Source: Candidatus Poribacteria bacterium (GTDB taxonomy: Bacteria; Poribacteria; WGA-4E; GCA-2687025). From it: 64,000 bases of DNA. A model generated the notes under the pieces. It did not search any database and was not told the origin of the DNA. It saw only the letters and a program-made list of their open reading frames with translations. Below, in pieces: positions 25,891 to 36,591 of this stretch. Position numbers and translations under genes: made by a program. The stretch lies in assembly GCA_963665845.2 (NCBI GenBank), contig OY762492.1, forward strand, positions 1,568,001 through 1,632,000. The letters run 5' to 3'. Each line of letters starts with the position of its first letter. Within the stretch, counting starts at the first letter, position 1.

Positions 25891-28278
25891 ATGCGCATGG
25901 ATGTCGGTACGCTTCCCCTCCTGAAAGCGAGCGGCGACCAGCTGGAGGCGATCAGCCGAGAGGGGGGCTTGTCGCTCAACCTGAACGAAATGCGCGCTGT
26001 CCAGGCGCATTTTCAAAAAATCGGACGCGATCCGACCGATGTCGAGATCGAAACGATCGCGCAAACCTGGTCGGAGCATTGCGTTCATAAAACCTTTCGC
26101 GGACGAATCGACTATGAAGAAAACGGACGGCGCGAGCAGATCAACAGCCTGCTCAAAACCTACATCTTCGGCGCGACGGAGAAGATTGGGCGGGACGACT
26201 GCGTCTCCGTTTTTAAAGACAACGCGGGCGTCATCCGCCTAGACGATCAGTACGGCATCGCGTTCAAGGTGGAGACGCACAACCACCCTTCCGCTGTTGA
26301 ACCGTACGGCGGCGCGGGGACCGGCATCGGCGGCGTCATACGGGACATACTCGGCACAGGGCTGGGCGCCAAACCGATTCTGAACACCGATGTGTTCTGC
26401 TTCGGTCCGCATGACATGCCGATGGAGCGGCTGCCGAAAGGCGTTCTTCATCCGAAGCGCGTTTTCAAGGGCGTCGTCGCCGGCGTCCGCGACTACGGCA
26501 ACCGCATGGGCATTCCGACCGCGAACGGCGCGATCTTTTTTGACGAACGTTACACCGCGAATCCGATTGTGTACTGCGGCTGCGCCGGGTTGATACCGCT
26601 TGACCGCGTCGATAAAAATGTCCTGCCGGGCGATGTCATCATGGCGGTCGGCGGACGGACAGGGCGGGACGGCATCCACGGCGCCACCTTCTCCTCGGCG
26701 GAGCTGGACGAAACCTCCGAGTCGCTCGGCAGCGTCGTTCAGATTGGCAACCCGATTGTTGAAAAAAAGATGACAGACGCGCTCCTCCAAGCGCGCGACG
26801 AGGGGCTGTTTCGATGCATAACCGACTGCGGCGCGGGCGGTTTCTCGTCGGCTGTCGGCGAGATGGGCAGCGAGATCGGCGCGGAGGCGCATCTGGAACG
26901 CGCCCCGCTCAAATACGACGGACTCGCCCCGTGGGAAATCTGGCTCTCGGAGGCGCAGGAGCGCATGGTTCTCGCCGTTCCGCCTGAAAACGAGGCGCGG
27001 CTGAAGGCGCTGCTTGCGGCGGAGGATGTGGAAGCCGCCTCGCTTGGACATTTCACCGACACGGGCAGGCTGATTGTTAAGTACAAAGGAGAGACGGTCG
27101 GCGACCTGGACATGGAGTTTTTGCACAACGGACTGCCGGACATCGCCAAGCGCGCCGTCTGGAACGCCCCTGACCGGCGCGATCCCGTCTTTGACGAACC
27201 GAGCGACCTAACCGAGACGCTGACCGCGCTGCTCGCCATGCCGAACATCGCCAGCAAAGAGTGGGTCATTCGACAATACGACCATGAGGTGCAGGGCGGC
27301 GTTGTCGTCAAGCCGCTGCAGGGGGCGGCGCATGACGGGCCGGGAAACGCCTGCGTTATTCAGCCGATGCTGGACAGGCAGACAGGCGTCGTCTTTGCGA
27401 ACGGCATGAACCCGAAATACGGCGACATCGACCCGTACTGGATGGCGGCTCTCGCCGTGGATGAGGCGCTGCGGAATGTCGCGGCGACGGGCGGAAGCCG
27501 CCAACGAACGGCGCTGCTGGACAACTTCAGCTGGGGCAATCCTGACAAGCCTGATCGGCTCGGCGCGCTCGTCCGCGCGGCGAAAGGGTGTTATGACGCC
27601 GCCGTCGGCTTCGGGACGCCGTTCATCTCCGGGAAGGACAGCCTCTACAACGAATACCGTGACGGCGATACGGGCGAAAGCGCCGCCATCCCAGGAACGC
27701 TGCTCATCTCCGCCGTCTGTCCAATCGACGATGTGTCCAAGACGCTCACGATGGACGCGAAGGCGGCGGGGGATGTTGTGTATCTTGTCGGACAGACGCG
27801 CAAGGAGCTGGGCGGTTCCCATTATTACGCCCTTCGCGGCGAAATCGGCGCCTCCGTTCCGCACGTGCGTTTCGATGAGGCGCGCCGATCCATCGACGCC
27901 GTCTCGCAAGCCGCGGCGGAGGGTCGGCTCCGTTCGGCGCATGACTGCTCCGAAGGCGGCTTAGCGGCCGCGCTGGCGGAAACGGCGTTCGCAGGCGGCT
28001 TCGGCATGGACATACGCCTACCCAAAGAAGCGGCGAAAGATATGCGCTTTGACGAATTCCTGTTTTCAGAGTCGCCCAGCCGCTTTGTCGTTACATGTTC
28101 GCCGAGTCAAGAGGCGGATTTGGTCAAAACATGGAAGGCGCATGGCGCGGAAGCGCATCGGCTGGGCGTTACGGCGGAGCGCCCGCTTCTGGCCGTTCAA
28201 GACGCGGACGGGCAAACGCGCCTCTCCGCCGACATCTTCGCGCTAAAAGAAGCATGGCAAGGGACATTCAACTGGTGA
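25891..28278 (+). CDS. purL: phosphoribosylformylglycinamidine synthase subunit PurL
   Basis: WSEHC, KVETHNHPS, TGRDGIHGATFSS, DCGAGG, SEAQERM, GKDSLYN, HDCSEGG. Confidence 0.96.
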   Translation: MRMDVGTLPLLKASGDQLEAISREGGLSLNLNEMRAVQAHFQKIGRDPTDVEIETIAQTWSEHCVHKTFRGRIDYEENGRREQINSLLKTYIFGATEKIGRDDCVSVFKDNAGVIRLDDQYGIAFKVETHNHPSAVEPYGGAGTGIGGVIRDILGTGLGAKPILNTDVFCFGPHDMPMERLPKGVLHPKRVFKGVVAGVRDYGNRMGIPTANGAIFFDERYTANPIVYCGCAGLIPLDRVDKNVLPGDVIMAVGGRTGRDGIHGATFSSAELDETSESLGSVVQIGNPIVEKKMTDALLQARDEGLFRCITDCGAGGFSSAVGEMGSEIGAEAHLERAPLKYDGLAPWEIWLSEAQERMVLAVPPENEARLKALLAAEDVEAASLGHFTDTGRLIVKYKGETVGDLDMEFLHNGLPDIAKRAVWNAPDRRDPVFDEPSDLTETLTALLAMPNIASKEWVIRQYDHEVQGGVVVKPLQGAAHDGPGNACVIQPMLDRQTGVVFANGMNPKYGDIDPYWMAALAVDEALRNVAATGGSRQRTALLDNFSWGNPDKPDRLGALVRAAKGCYDAAVGFGTPFISGKDSLYNEYRDGDTGESAAIPGTLLISAVCPIDDVSKTLTMDAKAAGDVVYLVGQTRKELGGSHYYALRGEIGASVPHVRFDEARRSIDAVSQAAAEGRLRSAHDCSEGGLAAALAETAFAGGFGMDIRLPKEAAKDMRFDEFLFSESPSRFVVTCSPSQEADLVKTWKAHGAEAHRLGVTAERPLLAVQDADGQTRLSADIFALKEAWQGTFNW

Positions 28279-28286
28279 GGAGTTCC

Positions 28287-29051
28287 ATGCAGGTTAAAGC
28301 GGTCATTTTGAGAGCCGGCGGCATCAACTGCGACGTCGAAACGGAGCGCGCCTTCACAGCGGCGGGCGCCGACGCCGAGCGCGTCCATATCCGCCGCTTT
28401 TTAGACGGCGAACGGCGGCTGGACGAGTTTCATATCCTGGCGATACCGGGCGGCTTCAGCTACGGAGACGACATCGCCGCCGGCAAAGCGCTGGCAAACG
28501 AGCTGGTACATCGGATGCATGAGCCGCTGCGCCGTTTCGTCCAGGCGCGGAAACCTGTCCTGGGCGTCTGCAACGGGTTTCAGGTACTGGTACGCGCGGG
28601 GCTTTTGCCCGATGGAGATCTCGGAACGCAGACAGCAAGCCTGGCATGGAACGACTCCGGCAAGTTTGAATGCCGATGGACGCGCCTAAAGCCGGCGCCG
28701 AGCCGCTCCATCTTTACTAAGGGGATCGAAACGGAAATAGAGCTTCCGGTCGCCCATGCGGAAGGGAAATTTTTAACGGGCGGGGACGATCTCTTGGACG
28801 CGCTGGAAGCGAACGGGCAGGTGGCGCTGCGTTATGCGGGAGAGGGTTACCCCGCCATCCCGAACGGCTCGGCGCGCGCCATCGCCGCGGTGTGCGATCC
28901 GTCCGGCGTCGTCATGGGCATGATGCCGCACCCTGAACGGTTCATCAGCCGTTATCAACATCCCCGCTGGACGCGCGAGCCGCTGCCTGAAGAGGGAGCC
29001 GGGCTGGCGATCTTCCGCAACGCTGTCGAGTATGCGCAGGCGCTGATATAA
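28287..29051 (+). CDS. purQ: phosphoribosylformylglycinamidine synthase subunit PurQ
   Basis: PGGFSYGD, GVCNGFQ, VAHAEG, GMMPHPER. Confidence 0.96.
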   Translation: MQVKAVILRAGGINCDVETERAFTAAGADAERVHIRRFLDGERRLDEFHILAIPGGFSYGDDIAAGKALANELVHRMHEPLRRFVQARKPVLGVCNGFQVLVRAGLLPDGDLGTQTASLAWNDSGKFECRWTRLKPAPSRSIFTKGIETEIELPVAHAEGKFLTGGDDLLDALEANGQVALRYAGEGYPAIPNGSARAIAAVCDPSGVVMGMMPHPERFISRYQHPRWTREPLPEEGAGLAIFRNAVEYAQALI

Positions 29052-29060
29052 AGAAGAACG

Positions 29061-30527
29061 ATGCTCAGCAAACAGTTTGAACCGAACGCGCTTTATTTCG
29101 GCGATTGTCTTGAGGTCATGCAAGAATGGCCGGATGAATGCGTCGATCTGATATGCCTTGATCCGCCGTTCAACTCGAACGCCCAATACAACAACATTTT
29201 CAAAGGGCGCGGACTGTTCGGAAAATCGATCAACCCGCAAATCAAGGCGTATGAGGACATCTGGACATGGAACGATGAATCTGTAGAGCGGCTGAACCGC
29301 GTTAAAAATGCGCATGCAAATCCCGCAAGCGCTGTCATCAAAGGCTTTGAGGCGTTTATTCCGAAAAGCCGGACGCTCTCGTACACATCTTACATGGCGG
29401 AGCGTTTGTATCAGACGCATCGCATTTTAAAGCCGACGGGAACCCTTTATCTCCACTGCGACCCGACCGCCTCCCATTATCTGAAACTGATCATGGACGC
29501 GGTCTTTGGAAAGCGGAATTTTAGAAATGAAATCATCTGGCATTACTCCAATCTTTCGGCGACAAGAAGGCATTTTCCCAGAAAGCATGACACGATCTTT
29601 CGATATACGAAATCGAACGATTGGACGTTCAACCACGAAGAAATTCGAGTGCCGTATTCGGAGTCGTCTCATAACCGAGTCCAGTATAAAGGCTCCGGTT
29701 TTGCGGAAAAAAGCGATGGCAGCTGGTTGAATGAAAAGGGCAAAATACCGGACACGGTATGGGACATACCGCTGCTAAAAGGCAAGGAGCGTATCGGATA
29801 CCCGACGCAAAAGCCGATTGCCGTATATGACCGCATCGTGAAAGCGTCTTCGAAACCGGGCGATGTTGTGCTGGACCCGTTCTGCGGATGCGGAACGACC
29901 GTTGTCGCGGCGCTGCTGAACGGCCGCCATGCTGTCGGCATCGACATTTATGCGCCGGCGCTGAATTTAATAAACGAAAAGAGGATTGCCCCGATGGGCG
30001 CGCATCAGCTGCCTGTGAAAGGTACGCCGAACAATGTTACGGAAGCGCGCATGTTGCATCGACATGACCCGTATAAGTTCCAGGACTGGGCGATTGGATT
30101 GATACCTGGGCTGGCGCCGAACCCGAACAAGTCGCGCGACGGCGGCGTGGACGGAGCGGGCGTCATCGCCATGAAACCTGAAAACAGCGACTTGAGAGGC
30201 GTCGTTGTCCAGGTTACGGGTTCCCCCGGCTCTCAAATTCAAAAATATAAAGAGCTGCAGGCAACCATGCTGAACAACGACGCCGCCATGGGCATTTTCA
30301 AAACGCTAGAGGAGCAGCGCATGCGGCATCAGTGGAAATTGGATTGGGCGTCTAGACTGGATCAAGTCCATGTGGACGGCGAGTCGTACGACCCGATTCA
30401 GTGTTTTTCTATTGAAGAGTATTTTAACAAAGATCGGAAATGGGACGCCGTTCTGGATTTGCCGTTGCTGACCGATCCGTACACCGGCAAGAAACTGGAA
30501 CGAACGCTGTTCAATCAAACGCCTTAA
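29061..30527 (+). CDS. beta-class N6A/N4C DNA methyltransferase with C-terminal Mrr-like domain
   Basis: LDPPFNS, YPTQKP, LDPFCGCGTT; C-terminal DGGVDG...VVQVT. Confidence 0.88.
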   Translation: MLSKQFEPNALYFGDCLEVMQEWPDECVDLICLDPPFNSNAQYNNIFKGRGLFGKSINPQIKAYEDIWTWNDESVERLNRVKNAHANPASAVIKGFEAFIPKSRTLSYTSYMAERLYQTHRILKPTGTLYLHCDPTASHYLKLIMDAVFGKRNFRNEIIWHYSNLSATRRHFPRKHDTIFRYTKSNDWTFNHEEIRVPYSESSHNRVQYKGSGFAEKSDGSWLNEKGKIPDTVWDIPLLKGKERIGYPTQKPIAVYDRIVKASSKPGDVVLDPFCGCGTTVVAALLNGRHAVGIDIYAPALNLINEKRIAPMGAHQLPVKGTPNNVTEARMLHRHDPYKFQDWAIGLIPGLAPNPNKSRDGGVDGAGVIAMKPENSDLRGVVVQVTGSPGSQIQKYKELQATMLNNDAAMGIFKTLEEQRMRHQWKLDWASRLDQVHVDGESYDPIQCFSIEEYFNKDRKWDAVLDLPLLTDPYTGKKLERTLFNQTP

Positions 30528-30548
30528 AACAGACTGCGGAGCGAAGCG

Positions 30549-31685
30549 ATGCACATCAAGCGCGAGATACAGCCGATTCAACTTGAGCGCAGAGCCGACC
30601 GAAACAGGTTTATTGACGTTCCCTATCGTCTTCATGCGGACGAGCCGCACTGGAGAGCGCCGCTTCGTTTGAGCCAAGCGAGCATTCTGAACGCGGCGAA
30701 GAACCCGTTTTTTCAGCAGGCGCGCGTCGCCGCATGGCTCGCGCTGCAGGACGGGCAGCCGGCGGGAAGAATCGCCGCGATGGTGAATACGGCGCACAAC
30801 GATTTTCATGAGGACAAGGTCGGATTCTTCGGCTTTTTTGAATGCGTCAACGACCGCGAACTCGCCGAGGCGCTGTTCAATAAGGCGGCGGAATGGCTGC
30901 GTCAAAACGGAATGGAGACGATGCGCGGACCGGCGAACCCGTCCACAAACGGGGAATGCGGCATGCTCATCGACCCGTTCGACAAGCCGCCGATGCTCAT
31001 GACGCCGTATAACCCGCCGTATTATCCGCAGCTGATGGACGCGCTTGGTTTTGAAAAGGCGCAGGATCTCTACATGCTGCTCATTTCGCACGAGGGCGGC
31101 GGGATGGATGAGCGCATCTTCCGCATCGCCGACCGGCTAGAAAAGCGAATGAGCATGAAGATACGCCCCATCAACCTCAAAAATGTGCGTTCCGAACTGG
31201 CGGCTTTTAAGGAACTGTACCAGAGATCATGGGAGCGCAACTGGGGCTTCGTTCCGTTGAGCGGCGCGGAGCTGGACTACATCGCCGGGGATCTGAAGAC
31301 GGTCGTTCATCCATCCTCCTCGTTGTTTGCGGAAGCGGACGGGCGTCTGGTCGGGGCGAGCGTCTGCCTTTACGATATGAACGAGATACTGGCGGACAAC
31401 CGCAGCGGTCGGCTTTTTCCGCGCGGCTTGTGGCGCGTCCTGACCGCCAAGAAGCGCGTCAAAGGCCTCCGCATTTTTCTGCTGGGCGTCGCCCCTGAAT
31501 ACCGCAACCGCGGGCTGGACGCTGTCCTCTACGCCCAAATCTTTCGAAACGCGGGCGTTCAAGACGGAATGACGCATGGGGAGATGGGATGGATTTTGGA
31601 AAGCAACGAGAACATGGTACAGGCGGGGCTGAAAATGGGCGGCAAGATCTATAAGACCTACCGCATTTACGACCGCCCCCTCTAA
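30549..31685 (+). CDS. double-GNAT N-acetyltransferase (YghO-like)
   Basis: GRIAA, GFFGFFEC, YNPPYY, NWGFVP, GVAPEYRNRGL, WILESN. Confidence 0.85.
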   Translation: MHIKREIQPIQLERRADRNRFIDVPYRLHADEPHWRAPLRLSQASILNAAKNPFFQQARVAAWLALQDGQPAGRIAAMVNTAHNDFHEDKVGFFGFFECVNDRELAEALFNKAAEWLRQNGMETMRGPANPSTNGECGMLIDPFDKPPMLMTPYNPPYYPQLMDALGFEKAQDLYMLLISHEGGGMDERIFRIADRLEKRMSMKIRPINLKNVRSELAAFKELYQRSWERNWGFVPLSGAELDYIAGDLKTVVHPSSSLFAEADGRLVGASVCLYDMNEILADNRSGRLFPRGLWRVLTAKKRVKGLRIFLLGVAPEYRNRGLDAVLYAQIFRNAGVQDGMTHGEMGWILESNENMVQAGLKMGGKIYKTYRIYDRPL

Positions 31686-31720
31686 CCGCCTGTTTCCGCT
31701 CTGCCGCCCCGCCGCTCGTT

Positions 31721-31809
31721 GTCGTTCCTGCGCAAGCGGGAATCCAGAGTTCAAGCCCAAAACTGTCCGCGTTCGCGCGCCGACATGTCTCAACTAAGAC
31801 GTAAGTCAG
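31721..31809. repeat. dRS3-like palindrome plus partial MITE end
   Basis: GTCGTTCCTGCGCAAGCGGGAATC then ATGTCTCAACTAAGACGTAAGTCAG matching 652-679. Confidence 0.7.
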
Positions 31810-31810
31810 G

Positions 31811-33532
31811 CTAAGAGCCGCCCCCCTCATCCAGAAGCTGCGCATACACATAATAGGCGCCGAGCGACTCGCCTTCGTCGTCCGTGAGCCAGGTTTGCAG
31901 GTCGGTCGGTCCGGCGGGCAGATCGAACTCAAACGCGGCGCCTTTGTCGGTCGGCGCCACTTCGGCGCTCTGCTCCTGTTCGCCGACGCGGATGCGCGCC
32001 GACTGAATCGGCAGCGCCTTCCCGCCCGTGTACCATGTGATCTGCCCTGGGATGCCCTCCGCGGCGGCGCGGTCCTCCTCCATCGGCCAACGGCGCAGCT
32101 CAAACCTGTAACGCCCCGCCTTGGACGCCTCTATGCGCCAGTACCCGTTGCAGCGAACGCCGTTTCGGATCATGCCCTGATTCCACGCGCAGGCGCTGTT
32201 CTCGTTGTGCCAGTCATGCGTCGTCAGATCGGCAAGCGGCTCATTCTCCGTCCCGATGACGACGGCGGGGTCGTCGTCAAACCGCTCCGAGACGGTCTCC
32301 CACCACGCCTCATATTCGCCGCGCAGCCGCTCCGTCTCGTCGGGATGCTCATCGGCGATGTCGTTCCGCTGCTCAGGGTCTTTCTGAATGTCATACAGCT
32401 CCTTGCCGTTGATGAGACGCCATCTGTCAGTCATGACAGCGCTCTTGCGCCACTTGATGGGCGTCTCGACCCGCTGCGAGTCGGTCACCAGGACGCGGTC
32501 TTGCCAACCGCTTTCGTCGCCGTACAGCAGCGGCTTGATCGATGTCCCATGAAGATGATCGGGGATGTTCACGCCGCACAGGTCGGCGAGCGTCGGCAGC
32601 GCGTCAATGTTCGCCGTCAGCCTGTTGACGCTGCGCCCGCCGCTCAAGCCGCCGCCCGGCCAGCGCAGGAAGAACGGGACGCGGTGTCCGCCCTCGTATT
32701 CGGAACCTTTTTGCCCGCGCATGCCGGCGTTGAACCCGTCCACGACATATCCGCCCGGACCGAGGCGGACGCCCGCGGCGGTGCCGTTGTCGGTCATGAA
32801 GATGAGTATCGTGTCGTTTTCAAGTTCCATTCGGCGCAGTTCGCTCCGCAGCCGTCCGAAGTTTTCGTCGATATTTGTGATCATGCCGTAAAAGTTGGCG
32901 CGCGTTTGGGAGACATGTTCGCGGTAAGGTCGGCTGTACGAGTCGGGGACGCGGAAGGGTCCGTGCGGCGCGTTCGTGGCGAGGTAGCAAAGAAACGGGT
33001 TCTCCCTGTTTTTTTCGATGAACTGAAGCGCGAGATCGAACCAGACGTCTGTGCAGTAGCCGTCCGTTTTTTTCGGATCGCCGCGGTCGAAGTAGGTGTC
33101 GTCGAAGTAATCGTTTCCCCAGTAGTCGGGCGTTTGTCCGACGCCGCCGCCGCCATGGTAAACGGTCTCTTGGAAGCCTCGGTCGTGCGGTCGGAACGGG
33201 TAATTGTCGCCGAGGTGCCATTTGCCGAACATGCCGGTTCTGTAGCCGGCGGCTTGGAAACAGTCGGCGATGGTCGTTTCGTCGCTGCGCAGCAGGGAGC
33301 GTCCGGCGATGGTGTGCCAGACGCCGGCGCTGTTGCAGTAACGCCCCGTCATGAGGCCGGCGCGGGTCGGGGCGCAGGTCGGTCCGACATGGAAGTTGTC
33401 GAGTCGGACGCTGTCGCTGCGCATCTGGTCAAGGTTCGGCGTTTGGATAACGGGGTTGCCGTGGCAGGCGAGATCTCCGTAGCCTTGGTCGTCGGTGATG
33501 ACAAGTATAACGTTGGGCTGCTGTTGCGCCAT
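31811..33532 (-). CDS. arylsulfatase (Cys-type)
   Basis: TDDQGYGD, CAPTRAGLMTGR, GKWHLG, APHGP, TDNG. Confidence 0.95.
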   Translation of the reverse strand: MAQQQPNVILVITDDQGYGDLACHGNPVIQTPNLDQMRSDSVRLDNFHVGPTCAPTRAGLMTGRYCNSAGVWHTIAGRSLLRSDETTIADCFQAAGYRTGMFGKWHLGDNYPFRPHDRGFQETVYHGGGGVGQTPDYWGNDYFDDTYFDRGDPKKTDGYCTDVWFDLALQFIEKNRENPFLCYLATNAPHGPFRVPDSYSRPYREHVSQTRANFYGMITNIDENFGRLRSELRRMELENDTILIFMTDNGTAAGVRLGPGGYVVDGFNAGMRGQKGSEYEGGHRVPFFLRWPGGGLSGGRSVNRLTANIDALPTLADLCGVNIPDHLHGTSIKPLLYGDESGWQDRVLVTDSQRVETPIKWRKSAVMTDRWRLINGKELYDIQKDPEQRNDIADEHPDETERLRGEYEAWWETVSERFDDDPAVVIGTENEPLADLTTHDWHNENSACAWNQGMIRNGVRCNGYWRIEASKAGRYRFELRRWPMEEDRAAAEGIPGQITWYTGGKALPIQSARIRVGEQEQSAEVAPTDKGAAFEFDLPAGPTDLQTWLTDDEGESLGAYYVYAQLLDEGGGS

Positions 33533-33612
33533 CGCGTTCCCTTCTGGATTGAAGCGGCGGTCTATACGTTAGGATACCGCTTTTTTGGAACGGCGCAAGC
33601 GGCAGTCTTTTA

Positions 33613-33878
33613 AACCCCCCTAACCCCCCTTTCAAGGGGGGAATCTGACCTCATCCTTAGAGTTGGAACAATTCTGGTTGGGAACGCGGACGGTTTCGGG
33701 GTAGACTCTGGATTCCCGCTTGCGCGGGAATGACGGTTTGGTTGGCAGCGCCTTTTTCCCATGAATAAAGGCTTTGGTCGTCCAGATGTCCCAACTTTCA
33801 CCATGAGGTCAGGGGAATCGGATGCGCCGCGCCCGTCCCTTAAAACCCCCCTAACCCCCCTTTTCAAGGGGGGAATCG
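33613..33878. mobile_element. MITE-like element (33645-33812) inserted in a C/G-run REP, second REP downstream
   Basis: CTGACCTC...GAGGTCAG ends flanked by GGGAAT on both sides; homologous to 512-679 in reverse. Confidence 0.7.
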
Positions 33879-33917
33879 GATGCGGCGGCGCCAATCGCTC
33901 CGTTGAGCGTACAGCCC

Positions 33918-34739
33918 TTAGCCGCGGTGAACGGCGCGCAGATCGAACCGCGCGTCGATGTCGTTCGAGACGGCGTCCGCCCATTCCGCCTCCGCCTCGG
34001 AACGCAGGCTCATGAGCGCCGTGTCCACCAGCGGATTCGACAACGCATAGTTCAACAGGAACCTGTCTATGTCGATGTCCGCCGTCTCTTTTGGAAAGGC
34101 GCGCCGCATGAGGCGCGGAAAGGCGCCGCTGGTCGTGGAACGCATGAGCGCGACCCCCATGCCGTGCGCCTCCGCCATCGGTATAACGCCGTTGCCGCTG
34201 AAATGGTCATGCGTGGACTGGTACATCAGGTTGTAATTCGTCTGGATCATGTCGAACTCGCCCGACTGGATGAGCCGTTCGACGCCCGCCGAGGGTCCGT
34301 CCGCCGAGAAGCCGAAGAAGCGCGCCTTGCCCTGATCGCGCAGCGTATGGTACGCCTCGATGCATCCGCCGTTCAGGATCGTTTCCGCTTCGTCGCCGAG
34401 GAACCATCCGCCGTGGAATTGGAGTACATCGATGACGTCGGTTTGGAGTCGGCGCAGGCTCTCTTCTGCTTCGGCGATGATCGTTTCGGGTCGGCGCGTT
34501 TCGGTTTTGGTGGCAAGTATGACCTTCTCCCGCCGCCCTTTCAGCGCGCGTCCGATCAGCTCTTCGCTGTATCCGCCGGCGTAATTCGGCGCGGTGTCGA
34601 TGAAGTTGACGCCGAGATCGACCGCTTTGTGGATCGTTCGTACGAGGGCGTTTTCATCGTCTTGCCGGCGTATGCGCCCTCCGCCGTATCCGATTTCAGA
34701 GACCTGCAGCTGCGTACGTCCAAATGCGCGGCTTCGCAT
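33918..34739 (-). CDS. aldo/keto reductase
   Basis: GRTQLQVSEIGYG, GVNFIDTAPNY, ILATK, SLRRLQTDVID. Confidence 0.92.
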   Translation of the reverse strand: MRSRAFGRTQLQVSEIGYGGGRIRRQDDENALVRTIHKAVDLGVNFIDTAPNYAGGYSEELIGRALKGRREKVILATKTETRRPETIIAEAEESLRRLQTDVIDVLQFHGGWFLGDEAETILNGGCIEAYHTLRDQGKARFFGFSADGPSAGVERLIQSGEFDMIQTNYNLMYQSTHDHFSGNGVIPMAEAHGMGVALMRSTTSGAFPRLMRRAFPKETADIDIDRFLLNYALSNPLVDTALMSLRSEAEAEWADAVSNDIDARFDLRAVHRG

Positions 34740-34817
34740 CCTGTTTTCCCCTGGCTTGACCTGCCGACAGCATACCATTAACAGCACGGAAGATGAAGCG
34801 CCGCGCGCTCTATATCG

Positions 34818-36494
34818 TCATTGGTCATATTTAAATGACCAGCCCAACGCGCACGTTCCTTCAAAAGTCCTCGAATGCAGCCCTTTGGAGTCGACGCGGT
34901 ACGACCATGTTCGATTCGAATCTTTGGCGCGCGCCGTTCCAGATTCCCATGCCGTACGCTCGCAATGCATCTGCGGATACTTATTGGACAGGTTGACGGA
35001 GATGAGATAGCGCTCCTTCATGCCTCCGTTTTCGTCCGCATCGGACAGCGCCCCGCGGCGCGGTTCGGCTTTATTCGACGTCAGCGACGCCTGAACGAAG
35101 CCGCCGTTGCCGTCCGCGGCAAACAGATCGGGGACATGCGCCGCTTCCGCCTCAAGATAGATGAATGTCTTGAATTCAGGCAGTTCGGGCGTCTTATTCA
35201 GATACCGCAGCCGGCGGTCCCAACTGACGATGCGGTATGTGTCGAGACCCTTCGCCTTCACATACAGCGCCCATCGGTTTTCTTCTCCGTCCGGTTGAAT
35301 CGACCAGATCCCCTCCGCGTCATGTACATAAAGGAGCCGCGAATCATGCGACCATTGGAGGCGGGAGTGGGGCTGTATTTTCGGCTGCCCATTCGCGCTT
35401 CCGCCGACGCAGCGCGGTTTGCCGTCTTGGACGTCCGCCATGAACGCGCCGCCGCCGTTCAGAAAGGCGAACCGTTTTCCGTCGGGGCTGAAACGGGCGT
35501 TTCGACCCTCTCCGATAAGCTGCGGCTTCTGCTTTCCCTTTATGTTGACAAGCTCAATTCGCCGCGTTTTCCCGTCTCGTTCCAGGAGGGCGCGCGAGCC
35601 GCCGGCGGAGATATGAAACGCGCGAACATCGGCCGCCGGCGCTGTCAGACGCCACTCCGGCAAGCCGACAGCCCTGCCAATTTCAGCGCCCCAGACGCCG
35701 GCGCCGTCATGGACATAAAGCGTCTTGGAATCGGGCGACCATGCGGGCTGCGTCCCCGGGTGAATTTCAGGCTGCGCCGCCGTTATGAAGGCGGGAAGGC
35801 TGTCGGGCGGCTTCGGCGGGAGCCATTTGAGAGACTTGACCGAAACCCCGTTGAGACCTCTGTCTTCAATGCTGGCGTACCCGTATTGAGCCTTACCCAG
35901 CGAAATGGAGCGGTTCGATTCTGCGGTCAAGCGGTCTGTTGACGCGGCTCCCGTTTCTACATCCCGCTCAACATAGCGCAGAAAACGCCCGTCGTTAGAG
36001 AACTGCAGATCGCTTTTGACAGGCTTGAGATTTACCGCATACCGCGTAAAGCCGAGAAGCGGATGGGACGACCCTGGGTAGCTGCGGGAGCCGCGTTTTG
36101 GAAGGGCGCCCGATCTGTCGAACATATAGACGCTGTATGCGTCGTATGTCCCTGACACCTCTTTTGCGATAAAGGCGATGACGGACGGGTTGGGGCTTTG
36201 CACAACCTCTATGATCTCAAACGTGAGCGGGAACGCCAGGTTGCCGCCGCCTTTTGGGAATTCGAGAAACGCCCTTAGCCCCGCTTGGTATTCGGTTCCG
36301 TTTCTTCTTTCGAGAACAAAGGCAAGCATTCCACGGTCGGGCGACACCGCTATAGCGCGGGCGGCGGGACCTTGCATTTTTTGCGTTGTATCATGCGCCG
36401 GCTGCTGCGCGTTTGCCTCAAGCGCTGTACACGCCAACGCCAGCAGGATCGCGCCCGGCAAGAGCAGGCATTTCCAAATGAGGCGGTTGTTCAT
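34818..36494 (-). CDS. secreted TolB/PD40-like beta-propeller protein
   Basis: signal peptide; WSPDSK, FSPDGK, WSHDSR; paralogous to 47060 and 49892. Confidence 0.75.
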   Translation of the reverse strand: MNNRLIWKCLLLPGAILLALACTALEANAQQPAHDTTQKMQGPAARAIAVSPDRGMLAFVLERRNGTEYQAGLRAFLEFPKGGGNLAFPLTFEIIEVVQSPNPSVIAFIAKEVSGTYDAYSVYMFDRSGALPKRGSRSYPGSSHPLLGFTRYAVNLKPVKSDLQFSNDGRFLRYVERDVETGAASTDRLTAESNRSISLGKAQYGYASIEDRGLNGVSVKSLKWLPPKPPDSLPAFITAAQPEIHPGTQPAWSPDSKTLYVHDGAGVWGAEIGRAVGLPEWRLTAPAADVRAFHISAGGSRALLERDGKTRRIELVNIKGKQKPQLIGEGRNARFSPDGKRFAFLNGGGAFMADVQDGKPRCVGGSANGQPKIQPHSRLQWSHDSRLLYVHDAEGIWSIQPDGEENRWALYVKAKGLDTYRIVSWDRRLRYLNKTPELPEFKTFIYLEAEAAHVPDLFAADGNGGFVQASLTSNKAEPRRGALSDADENGGMKERYLISVNLSNKYPQMHCERTAWESGTARAKDSNRTWSYRVDSKGLHSRTFEGTCALGWSFKYDQ

Positions 36495-36591
36495 CGGCGT
36501 TTTCCTTTCGCGTTGACGGGCGGCGGCTTTGCAGCCCTGCGCTTCAGTTTAATCGCAATAGGCGGCGCTGTCAAATAGGGCGGCTGGGCGT

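Noticed and set aside
31895-33613. Long antisense ORFs (also 9241-10818, 17669-19075, 34875-35942)
   Set aside because: Shadow ORFs opposite well-supported genes, expected in GC-rich DNA.
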